Below are positions 1 to 7,406 of a stretch of DNA of 7,406 bases, in pieces. A program made the translations under genes and the position numbers. The notes below the pieces were generated by a model. It was not told the origin of the DNA. It worked only from the letters and a program-made list of their open reading frames with translations, and ran no database searches. Position 1 is the first letter of the stretch, and each line of letters starts with the position of its first letter. This DNA comes from a virus (taxonomy: Duplodnaviria; Heunggongvirae; Uroviricota; Caudoviricetes), in IMG/VR virus record IMGVR_UViG_2065487007_000059; one strand, given 5' to 3'.

Positions 1-672
1 CCACGCGTAGCCACGCCCCATCATCGCGACAGACAGACGTCCCTGCTCAAGATAAATACGGTTAATATCTGTAATTTCTAACTCACCACGTGCAGACGGC
101 TTCAAGTTTTTCGCCATCTGAACCACGTCGTTATCATAAAAGTACAGACCTGTAACGGCGTAATTACTCTTTGGTTCTAACGGTTTTTCTTCCAGACTGA
201 TTGCCGTACCGTTTTTATCAAACTCAACGACACCATAGCGTTCTGGATCATTAACGTGATAGGCAAATACCGTTGCACCACTTTCTTTGTTAACAGCGGC
301 CTCCATTAGCTTCGGCAGATCGTGACCGTAAAAGATATTATCACCAAGAACCAAAGCACAATCATCACCACCAATAAACTCTTCACCGATGATAAATGCC
401 TGCGCGAGGCCATCTGGGCTAGGTTGCACTTTGTACTGAAGATTCAGGCCCCACTGGCTACCGTCACCCAGCAATTGTTGAAAACGAGGAGTATCCTGAG
501 GTGTACTGATAATCAAAATATCGCGAATACCCGCCAACATCAGTGTAGAGAGCGGGTAATAGATCATCGGTTTATCATAAATAGGTAATAGCTGTTTACT
601 GACAGCCATAGTCACAGGATAAAGACGTGTACCAGAACCACCCGCTAAAATAATACCTTTACGCATTTTCAT
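1..672 (-). CDS. rfbA: Glucose-1-phosphate thymidylyltransferase (RmlA/RfbA), 5' partial: N-terminal 224 codons, C-terminus lies beyond window start
   Basis: Minus-strand ATG at 672..670 gives [60 protein letters not shown]..., with the GGSGTRL nucleotidyltransferase motif. The frame stays open to position 1 (last residues read ...[17 protein letters not shown]). AAGGA Shine-Dalgarno about 9 nt upstream of the ATG. Missing from the ORF track only because it lacks a stop inside the window. Identity is from recalled protein sequence. Confidence 0.9.
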   Translation of the reverse strand, partial: MKMRKGIILAGGSGTRLYPVTMAVSKQLLPIYDKPMIYYPLSTLMLAGIRDILIISTPQDTPRFQQLLGDGSQWGLNLQYKVQPSPDGLAQAFIIGEEFIGGDDCALVLGDNIFYGHDLPKLMEAAVNKESGATVFAYHVNDPERYGVVEFDKNGTAISLEEKPLEPKSNYAVTGLYFYDNDVVQMAKNLKPSARGELEITDINRIYLEQGRLSVAMMGRGYAW

Positions 673-729
673 TTCATCATTCCTTTTAATTCATCTTGCT
701 CCACCATCACGAACAAGATGCAAAAACTA

Positions 730-1629
730 TTAAATTGCTGTAGTCGTAAATAATTCATTGAGCATTCGTTTCACGCCAACCTGCCAGTCAGGCAAGACAA
801 GCGCAAAGTTCTGCTGAAATTTTTCTGTATTAAGGCGAGAGTTATGTGGACGACGAGCTGGTGTAGGATAGGCTGTTGTTGGTACTGCGTTGAGCTTGTT
901 GAGTGCAAGGGGAATGCCTGCTTTGCGCGCCTCTTCAAAAACCAGCGCAGCATAATCGTACCAGGTTGTGGTACCACTGGCTACCAAATGGTACAAGCCT
1001 GCGACATCCGGTTTATTCAGTGCGACACGAATGGCATGTGCTGTACAATCAGCCAGCAGTTCAGCACCTGTTGGCGCACCAAACTGATCGTTAATAACCG
1101 CTAATTCTTCACGCTCTTTTGCCAGACGTAACATCGTTTTGGCGAAGTTATTTCCTTTTCCTGCATAGACCCAGCTGGTCCGGAAAATAAGATGCTTCGC
1201 GCAATATTCCTGTAACGCTTTTTCTCCGGCTAACTTGGTTTCACCGTAAACATTTAGTGGTGCGGTTGCATCCGTCTCCAGCCATGGCATATCGCCATTT
1301 CCAGGGAAGACGTAATCAGTCGAGTAATGGATAACCCAGGCTCCAACTTCATTTGCTGCTTTCGCAATCGCTTCGACACTTGTTGCGTTAATTAATTGTG
1401 CAAACTCCGGTTCTGATTCTGCTTTGTCTACTGCGGTGTGAGCGGCTGCATTGACAATAATATCCGGCCGAATGCTTCTTACGGTTTCAGCTACACCTTC
1501 AGGATTACTAAAATCACCGCAATAATCAGTAGAGTGAACATCAAAAGCAATCAAATTACCCAAAGGTGCCAGAGCACGCTGTAGTTCCCAACCTACCTGC
1601 CCTGTTTTGCCAAAAAGGAGGATATTCAT
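730..1629 (-). CDS. rfbD: dTDP-4-dehydrorhamnose reductase (RmlD/RfbD), 299 aa
   Basis: ORF-track 299-aa protein [40 protein letters not shown]... has an N-terminal GxxGxxG Rossmann motif (GKTGQVG). ATG at 1629..1627 overlaps the rfbB TAA stop by 1 nt (TAATG). Stop TAA at 732..730. Confidence 0.93.
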   Translation of the reverse strand: MNILLFGKTGQVGWELQRALAPLGNLIAFDVHSTDYCGDFSNPEGVAETVRSIRPDIIVNAAAHTAVDKAESEPEFAQLINATSVEAIAKAANEVGAWVIHYSTDYVFPGNGDMPWLETDATAPLNVYGETKLAGEKALQEYCAKHLIFRTSWVYAGKGNNFAKTMLRLAKEREELAVINDQFGAPTGAELLADCTAHAIRVALNKPDVAGLYHLVASGTTTWYDYAALVFEEARKAGIPLALNKLNAVPTTAYPTPARRPHNSRLNTEKFQQNFALVLPDWQVGVKRMLNELFTTTAI

Positions 1630-2714
1630 TACTGGCGGCCCTCATAGTTCTGTTCAATCCACGATTGATAGGCACCACTTTTCACATTATCAACCCATTT
1701 TGTATTGGACAGGTACCATTCCACCGTTTTACGAATCCCGCTCTCAAACGTTTCCTGTGGTTTCCATCCCAATGCGCGACCAATCTTCTCAGCATCAATA
1801 GCATAGCGGCGATCGTGTCCCGGACGATCAGCAACATAAGTGATTTGCTCACGATAAGATTTCTCTTTCGGTACAATCTCATCCAGCAAATCACAAATAG
1901 TGAGCACTACATCGATGTTTTTCTTTTCGTTGTGCCCACCAATGTTATAAGTTTCACCCGCTTTACCTTCGGTTACGACGGTATATAACGCACGCGCATG
2001 ATCTTCAACATACAACCAGTCGCGGATCTGATCTCCTTTGCCATAAATAGGTAATGCCTTACCTTCCAGTGCATTAAGAATAACCAGTGGAATAAGCTTT
2101 TCCGGGAAATGATAAGGACCATAGTTGTTCGAGCAATTAGTCACAATTGTCGGTAAACCATATGTACGTTTCCACGCGCGGACTAAATGATCGCTGGATG
2201 CTTTGGATGCGGAATAAGGGCTGCTTGGCGCGTAAGCTGTCGTCTCAGTAAATAAGGGTAATTCTTCTGTATTATTTACTTCATCTGGATGAGGCAAATC
2301 ACCATAGACTTCGTCAGTAGAAATATGATGAAAACGGAAGCTATTTTTCTTGTCGCTATCAAGAGCAGACCAGTAATTGCGAGCGGCTTCCAAAAGGACA
2401 TAAGTACCAACAATATTGGTTTCAATAAATGCCGCAGGGCCTGTAATTGAACGGTCAACATGGCTTTCAGCAGCCAGGTGCATCACTGCATCCGGCTGAT
2501 GCTGAGCAAAAATCCGTGCCATTGCAGGTGCATCGCAAATATCCGCATGTTCAAAAACATAGCGTTCAGAATCAGAAACATCAGCAAGTGATTCCCGGTT
2601 TCCGGCGTACGTTAATTTATCGACATTAACAACACTATCCTGCGTATTATTTATAATGTGACGAACTACAGCTGAACCAATAAATCCTGCGCCACCAGTA
2701 ACAAGTATTTTCAC
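1629..2714 (-). CDS. rfbB: dTDP-glucose 4,6-dehydratase (RmlB/RfbB), 361 aa, GTG start
   Basis: ORF-track 361-aa protein [23 protein letters not shown]... has the [12 protein letters not shown]-binding motif and the YSASK (YxxxK) catalytic motif of short-chain dehydrogenase/reductase family dehydratases. Start codon is GTG at 2714..2712 (plus-strand cac). An upstream ATG in another frame hits a stop after 2 codons. First gene after the JUMPStart leader. Confidence 0.93.
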
Positions 2715-2789
2715 TTAATTTATTCCATATTACTTCAGAGCATGCTGTGAAATAAGCGGCTCTCAGTTTGATTAATAGAGGTATTAATG

Positions 2790-2801
2790 CACGCTACCGC
2801 C
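2790..2801 (-). promoter_or_regulatory. ops (operon polarity suppressor) element, the RfaH recruitment site on the non-template strand
   Basis: Minus-strand GGCGGTAGCGTG at the 3' end of the JUMPStart element matches the ops consensus GGCGGTAGnnTG. Lies 76 nt upstream of the rfbB GTG start. Confidence 0.85.
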
Positions 2802-2828
2802 CCTGGCTTTACAGCTACCAGAGCACTG
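2790..2828 (-). promoter_or_regulatory. JUMPStart element (39 bp) in the 5' leader of rfbB
   Basis: Minus-strand sequence CAGTGCTCTGGTAGCTGTAAAGCCAGGGGCGGTAGCGTG matches the conserved JUMPStart sequence found upstream of polysaccharide gene clusters, as I recall it. It contains two direct copies of GGTAGC (plus-strand gctacc at 2793..2798 and 2814..2819). Confidence 0.85.
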
Positions 2829-2982
2829 CATGCATGCCTATGATGTGACGAGCGTTACCCACTCGCGCTAAACCCGAAAAATTCAAACGCTAATTGTCTT
2901 ACCAATCCGCTCTGGAAACAAGGAAAATCCTGGAAAACTTTGAATAAAACCCTACTGCTAACTCGTTGTTATTCTGATGGTT

Positions 2983-3012
2983 TATATAAAACAACGGCAG
3001 GAAGATTCGCAA
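2983..3012 (-). promoter_or_regulatory. Candidate sigma70 promoter for the rfb operon (-35 TTGCGA at 3012..3007, -10 TATATA at 2988..2983, 18-nt spacer)
   Basis: Hexamers read directly on the minus strand in the galF-rfbB intergenic region, upstream of the JUMPStart element. Motif match only, with no transcript data. Other weak matches exist in this AT-rich region. Confidence 0.25.
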
Positions 3013-3086
3013 CAAATTACTTTTGCTGCGAATTTTCACTGCCGTTATAATTTTCTTATCAACCGTTACATCCGGTCAGATTTTCA

Positions 3087-3980
3087 TTATTCGCTTAACA
3101 GCTTCTCAATACCTTTACGGAACTTCGCCCCTTCTTTCAGGTTGCGTAGGCCATACTTCACAAACGCCTGCATATAGCCCATTTTTTTGCCGCAGTCGTA
3201 ACTGTCGCCGGTCATCAGCATTGCATCAACGGATTGTTTTTTCGCCAGCTCGGCAATAGCATCAGTCAGCTGAATACGTCCCCATGCACCAGGCTGAGTA
3301 CGTTCCAGTTCCGGCCAAATATCGGCAGAAAGCACATAGCGACCTACGGCCATGATGTCTGAGTCCAGCGTCTGCGGCTGATCCGGTTTTTCGATAAATT
3401 CAACAATGCGGCTGACTTTACCCTCACGGTCCAGCGGCTCTTTAGTCTGGATGACGGAGTATTCAGAGAGGTCACCCGGCATACGTTTTGCCAGCACCTG
3501 GCTGCGGCCCGTTTCGTTGAAACGTGCAATCATGGCAGCAAGGTTGTAACGTAGCGGGTCGGCGCTGGCATCGTCGATCACAACGTCTGGCAGTACCACG
3601 ACAAATGGGTTGTCACCAATGGCAGGTCGCGCACACAAAATGGAGTGGCCTAAACCTAAAGGTTCGCCCTGACGCACGTTCATAATGGTCACGCCCGGCG
3701 GACAGATGGACTGTACTTCCGCCAGCAGTTGACGCTTCACGCGCTGCTCAAGGAGTGATTCTAACTCATAAGAGGTGTCGAAGTGGTTTTCGACCGCGTT
3801 CTTGGACGCGTGAGTTACCAGGAGGATTTCTTTGATCCCTGCAGCCACAATCTCGTCAACAATGTACTGAATCATTGGCTTGTCGACGATTGGTAGCATC
3901 TCTTTGGGTATCGCCTTAGTGGCAGGCAACATATGCATCCCGAGACCCGCTACAGGAATAACTGCTTTTAAATTCGTCAT
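3087..3980 (-). CDS. galF: GalF, UTP-glucose-1-phosphate uridylyltransferase paralog (non-catalytic/regulatory GalU-like subunit), 297 aa
   Basis: ORF-track protein [55 protein letters not shown]... The GTG at 3992 lies immediately after AGGTGG with no spacing, whereas the ATG at 3980 sits about 9 nt downstream of AGGTGG, so I call the start at 3980 (MTNLK...). Stop TAA at 3089..3087. Confidence 0.92.
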   Translation of the reverse strand: MTNLKAVIPVAGLGMHMLPATKAIPKEMLPIVDKPMIQYIVDEIVAAGIKEILLVTHASKNAVENHFDTSYELESLLEQRVKRQLLAEVQSICPPGVTIMNVRQGEPLGLGHSILCARPAIGDNPFVVVLPDVVIDDASADPLRYNLAAMIARFNETGRSQVLAKRMPGDLSEYSVIQTKEPLDREGKVSRIVEFIEKPDQPQTLDSDIMAVGRYVLSADIWPELERTQPGAWGRIQLTDAIAELAKKQSVDAMLMTGDSYDCGKKMGYMQAFVKYGLRNLKEGAKFRKGIEKLLSE

Positions 3981-4010
3981 TATTTCATCCACCTGTAAAA
4001 TGGTTGCTGA

Positions 4011-4016
4011 ATTATA
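4011..4016 (-). promoter_or_regulatory. Candidate galF promoter -10 hexamer (perfect TATAAT)
   Basis: Minus strand reads ...GCTGGCGAAAAAAATCGAACAAGC-TATAAT-TCAGCAACCATTTTACAGGTGGATGAAATA-ATG. TATAAT lies about 31 nt upstream of the galF ATG and is preceded by an A-tract. No good -35 hexamer at 16-18 bp spacing (best CTGGCG). Confidence 0.4.
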
Positions 4017-4154
4017 GCTTGTTCGATTTTTTTCGCCAGCATCAATTACCCTGAATTGATTACTGAATTACTTGTGATGTTACGCCGCTTCGTTGTGGAT
4101 TGCAGTAGCATTGTTCCTAAGTATGACTCCATTTTTCCAGGAATGGTCGCAAAT

Positions 4155-5549
4155 CTACTCCCTCAGTTCCGGCAATCTAAAGTTAATCTTCTCCACATTA
4201 ACAATATGGTGATTAATCCTGTCGATATCGACGGAGCTTTGTCCTTTTTCATTCACCGCATGAACATTTGCAAGAGACAGCAGTGTTTCTTTTTTCGCCA
4301 TAAAAACACCACGAACGTCTTTGCGCATGTCAAAGTTCATGCTCAATGCGGGTCCAACTGAGGATTCCTGCATCACATTGATATTTCGCATAAAAAAATG
4401 TTGCGGTTTGTTGTGTAACTCCAGCGACGCACGCTTCATCTCAATGTTAGTTAGCGCCACAAAGGAAACAGCATTCCCGGCGGAGATTTGAATGCCGCGC
4501 AATTTATAAGCAAGATGAGTATTATCCAGTTGAATATCATTCACCCGGAAATTTTGCGGTATCGAGAGATATTTGCCTTTAATTACCCCATAGCCGATTA
4601 ACATCCCGGCGCTATTAATCATTTCAATATTATCAATCACGAAATTGTCACAACCGTAAATAGCGACTGTCGCGTTATCAATGCCCGCTTTCTTACTGAA
4701 ATCCGGCGTGATATTGCGGGCTTTGATATTACGAATAACAAAATGTTTACCATTTTCAACATGTATCAACTGCCGACAATCCGATCCCGTGATATTCGCC
4801 ACGACAAAGTTTTTCACTGCCTGGTCTTCCGGGTAGTTGTTATCATAAGTGCTTCCCGCAAGGCCTATGCCGATGCCCCAGTTGATTTTGCCGTTGGTAC
4901 AGTTGATGCGCTCGATGACATGGTCAGATATCAAAATATCACGGTCGTTAATTGCCACGTTCCATTCAATGGCGTCGCCTTGTAAGTCGCTGAACTTACA
5001 ATTGGTGATGTTGGCACCGATAATCTGGTTATGAAATCCCTGGCGTAAGATGGCGTAATTAGCGTGGCTAACGGTCAGGTTATCGATGATCAGGTTGCGC
5101 ATGACCCGTTTGTTTTTGCCGCCGATATAAATCTGCGTCACCGGGCCAAAGCCGCTCATAGTCAGCCCTTTGATGGTGCAGTCAGAACCACGCACATCCA
5201 GGGTGATGTTATGCATACTGCCGCCATCCTCCCCTGTCACCTGGCTGCCGTCCTGTAAGACAAATCGCCCTCTGCCGTTGCCGCGCAAGCTTCCAAGAAT
5301 GTGTAACGTTTTACCGGGAGGGATAAAGATGCCGGTGTTGATATTGTCACAAACCAATCCGGCAGGCACGACGACTGTTTGCCCTTCGCTGAAGGCTTGT
5401 TTAAATGAGGCGATCCAGTCGTGTGGGTTGTAGTCGTTAATGTTAACGCTTTGTCGGGCGGGAAGCGCGCGGGCGAAAGGGGTATGGAGGAAGGCAAGCG
5501 CCGAGCTTGCCGTCAGGAACGTGCGTCGGGAGAGTTTTTTAAATGGCAT
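4155..5549 (-). CDS. wcaM: Colanic acid biosynthesis protein WcaM, 464 aa, twin-arginine signal peptide plus parallel beta-helix repeats; biochemical function unassigned
   Basis: ORF-track protein [31 protein letters not shown]... has an SRRxFL Tat motif, a hydrophobic stretch and an AxA (ARA) cleavage site. The body carries repeated N-[IV]-x-[IV]-x-N beta-helix-like segments ([52 protein letters not shown]). AGGAGAA Shine-Dalgarno 6 nt upstream of the ATG at 5549; 10-nt gap after the wcaL stop. Confidence 0.9.
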
Positions 5550-5559
5550 GCGTTCTCCT

Positions 5560-6780
5560 CTATAAAGCCTGCAGCAAGCTGGCGAGTTCTCGATTGATCA
5601 CCTGCTGGTTAAAATCGTGTTCAACTTTTTCGCGCGCGCGTTTGACGACCGGAGCCAATTCGTCGGTGTCCAGTTGGCTAAACGCCGCCAGTCGTTGCGC
5701 CAGTGCGCGAGCATCGTTCTCAGGCACCAGCCAGCCGGATTTGTCAGCCTCCACCAGTTCCGGTATTCCACTATGCAGAGTAGAAACCACCGGAATACCG
5801 ACCGCCATCGCTTCCATTAGCGCCACCGGAATACCTTCCATATCACCATCCGCACCTGTAACCGATGGCAACAGGAAGACATCCGCGTCGTCGAGCATCG
5901 CTTTCACTTCATGGCTCGGTTTAAAGCCCGGCATCTCCACCACATCTTCCAGTTGATATTGTTCGATGAGGGTGCGCAGGCGTCTTTCCCACGGGCCAAT
6001 GCCGAGGATGCGATAGCGAAATGCCACGCCCTGCTCTTTCAACTGACGGCAGGCTTCGATCGCCACATGCAGGCCTTTTTTCTCGGTTAAGCGTGCGACG
6101 GAAATAATCTCCAGCGGCGTTGCGGGCGCTTTCACGGGACGCGGGCTAAAGCGCGTCATATCTACGCCCATGCGCGATACGGCGATTTTTTCCCTCGGGC
6201 AGCCCATTTTTTGCAGCCTTCCGGCCCACAGATCGCTTATCGGTAACATCAGGTCGCCACGGCGAAACAGTTGCTGATATTCGGGAGTGTAGTGGTTGAG
6301 CACTTCCCGACTGGAGATATCAATACCGTGGAAGATAGTGGCAATTTTGCCGCGAATGACACCCAGTTCGCGGAGTTTTGCTGCGGTTACCCCCGCGGGA
6401 CCAAAATGAGCGATGAACACATCGGCGCGAAACGGTGTTGCGACCTGGCCGCAAATGGCAGACAAAATCAGGTTCCGCGACTCGGCACCATAGCGTTTGA
6501 GGTTGAGCGCCTGCCAGGTATTTTTACGATGAATGCCGCGCAAGGTCTGGCTGGCTCGGTGGCGCAGTTTCGCCACTTTGCCCGTAGGTTCGTCCTGTAA
6601 CCAGCGGGTTCTGGCAGCAAGGTTGTATTTCGTCCATGCCGCGTGGGTGTTTTGTGTGTCGCCTTTTTGCAGCGCGAGAATCTCTACCTCAAATCCCATA
6701 TCAATAAACGCGGTAATTTGGTTAAGGACGAAGGTTTCTGACGACAGCGGGAATTTCAGTAAAAAGAAGCCGACCTTCAT
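5560..6780 (-). CDS. wcaL: Colanic acid biosynthesis glycosyltransferase WcaL (GT4-family, GT-B fold), 406 aa
   Basis: ORF-track protein [37 protein letters not shown]... has a C-terminal EX7E motif (EGIPVALME) typical of GT4 retaining glycosyltransferases. ATG at 6780..6778 overlaps the wcaK TGA stop (ATGA, 4-nt overlap) and is preceded by GGAGG. Stop TAG at 5562..5560. Confidence 0.92.
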
Positions 6781-7406
6781 TTCACCTCCCCGATGCGCTC
6801 AAGCACAGACTGCACCATCTGCATTCCTGTCTGACGCTCACGACTGACGGCTTCACTAAGTCGCGCATTCAGCGCCGGAAGCTGGCCTAAGGTATCCGCA
6901 ACCATCGCTTGCAGGCTGCCGTCTAATAAATGACGGATATCAATTGCCATCTCCGGTAGTCCCAGCTGCTGCATAATCCCGGCGGATTTATGTTCGTAGT
7001 TGATGGCAATTGCCGGAGTGGCAAAATTCATCGAGATAATGGCAGAGTGCAGGCGCGTACCGACGGTGAGTTCACAGGCCCCCAGAATTTTGCCCATTTC
7101 CAGATCGTTGAGTTCATCCATCACTACGTGGTAACGGGCAGGATCGCTGATGTGCTGGCGCAGGTTGAGCGCCACCATGCGGTCGTCTTTGTTATAGCTG
7201 TCAATGCCCGTACAGGTGGAGAGCGCAATCACCTGATACCCTTCATCGAGAATGCGATTGACCACCCCGGCAAAGGCTTTTTCATACGCTTGTTGAGTGG
7301 TGCCGAGACGTTTGTCAAACGGTGCCAGTTCGCGCAGGGTAATGGCCACCGTTTTCTGTTGTGCGGCAACGTCCAGCCAGTGTTGAACGGCATAGCTGGC
7401 GGTGGA
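6777..7406 (-). CDS. wcaK: Colanic acid polysaccharide pyruvyl transferase WcaK, 3' partial: C-terminal ~209 codons, N-terminus beyond window end
   Basis: ORF track gives 6777..7349 from an internal GTG, but I translated 7350..7406 in the same frame (STASYAVQHWLDVAAQQKT...) and found no stop, so the CDS continues past the window edge. C-terminal sequence ...ELTVGTRLHSAIISMNFATPAIAINYEHKSAGIMQQLGLPEMAID... matches WcaK as I recall it. Stop TGA at 6779..6777. Confidence 0.88.
   Translation of the reverse strand, partial: STASYAVQHWLDVAAQQKTVAITLRELAPFDKRLGTTQQAYEKAFAGVVNRILDEGYQVIALSTCTGIDSYNKDDRMVALNLRQHISDPARYHVVMDELNDLEMGKILGACELTVGTRLHSAIISMNFATPAIAINYEHKSAGIMQQLGLPEMAIDIRHLLDGSLQAMVADTLGQLPALNARLSEAVSRERQTGMQMVQSVLERIGEVK

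Noticed and set aside
322-588. Plus-strand 88-aa ORF
   Set aside because: Lies entirely antisense within rfbA, whose minus-strand frame gives a clearly recognisable RmlA sequence. No motifs; typical shadow ORF.
844-1104. Plus-strand 86-aa ORF (and overlapping 903..1094 ORF; minus-strand 771..977 alternate-frame ORF)
   Set aside because: All lie inside rfbD in other frames or antisense. The products are Cys/Trp-rich and low-complexity with no recognisable domain.
1566-1988. Plus-strand 140-aa ORF spanning the rfbD/rfbB junction (also 1607..1801 plus and 1682..1894 minus)
   Set aside because: Antisense or off-frame to rfbB and rfbD, which are confidently identified. No ribosome-binding site context.
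2977-3259. Plus-strand ORFs of 66 and 78 aa (2977..3177 and 3023..3259) starting in the galF-rfbB intergenic region
   Set aside because: They run antisense into the 3' end of galF, start in an AT-rich region without a convincing ribosome-binding site, and have low-complexity products. The intergenic region is better explained as the rfb promoter and leader.
3981-3992. Longer galF start at GTG 3992 (MDEIM...) given by the ORF track
   Set aside because: The GTG lies directly after AGGTGG with no spacer, whereas the ATG at 3980 is about 9 nt downstream of it, and MTNLK... matches the GalF N-terminus as I recall it.
4129-4146. Short hairpin (CCATT ... AATGG) just downstream of the wcaM stop as a possible wca operon terminator
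   Set aside because: Only a 5-bp stem, AT-rich, and not followed by a U-tract, so it is not a convincing intrinsic terminator. Termination may be Rho-dependent or lie elsewhere in the 174-bp spacer.
4056-4361. Plus-strand 101-aa ORF spanning the galF-wcaM intergenic region and the wcaM 3' end
   Set aside because: Antisense to the wcaM C-terminal coding region and to the galF promoter region. No ribosome-binding site and no recognisable domain.
4743-6847. Multiple plus-strand ORFs of 60-137 aa inside wcaM, wcaL and wcaK (for example 5543..5956 and 6271..6600)
   Set aside because: All are antisense to long, confidently assigned minus-strand genes. The products are Ser/Ala/Arg-rich, as expected from the reverse frame of GC-rich coding sequence.
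1-7406. Search for mobile elements, CRISPR repeats, tRNA/rRNA genes or an unannotated defence or toxin system
   Set aside because: No terminal inverted repeats, no regularly spaced direct repeats, no tRNA-like or rRNA-like sequence, and no unexplained long ORF. Gene content and order match a conserved chromosomal polysaccharide locus, so I do not claim a novel system.

Overview
All coding capacity in this window is on the minus strand and matches, from memory of the protein sequences (no database search was possible), the well-known Escherichia coli K-12-type junction between the distal end of the colanic acid (wca/cps) cluster and the start of the O-antigen (rfb/rml) cluster. In transcription order (high to low coordinates): wcaK (3' part, runs off the window end), wcaL, wcaM, a 174-bp gap, galF, a 372-bp leader carrying a JUMPStart/ops element, then rfbB, rfbD and rfbA (5' part, runs off the window start). 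I see no rRNA, tRNA, CRISPR array, IS element or integrase. Every long ORF is accounted for by a known gene, so I find no evidence for an undescribed system here. The most noteworthy items are the JUMPStart/ops element in the rfbB leader, the functionally unassigned Tat-signal beta-helix protein WcaM, the degenerate catalytic motif of GalF, and an apparent compositional shift between the wca and rfb genes. All plus-strand ORFs in the supplied track are antisense shadows of these genes.
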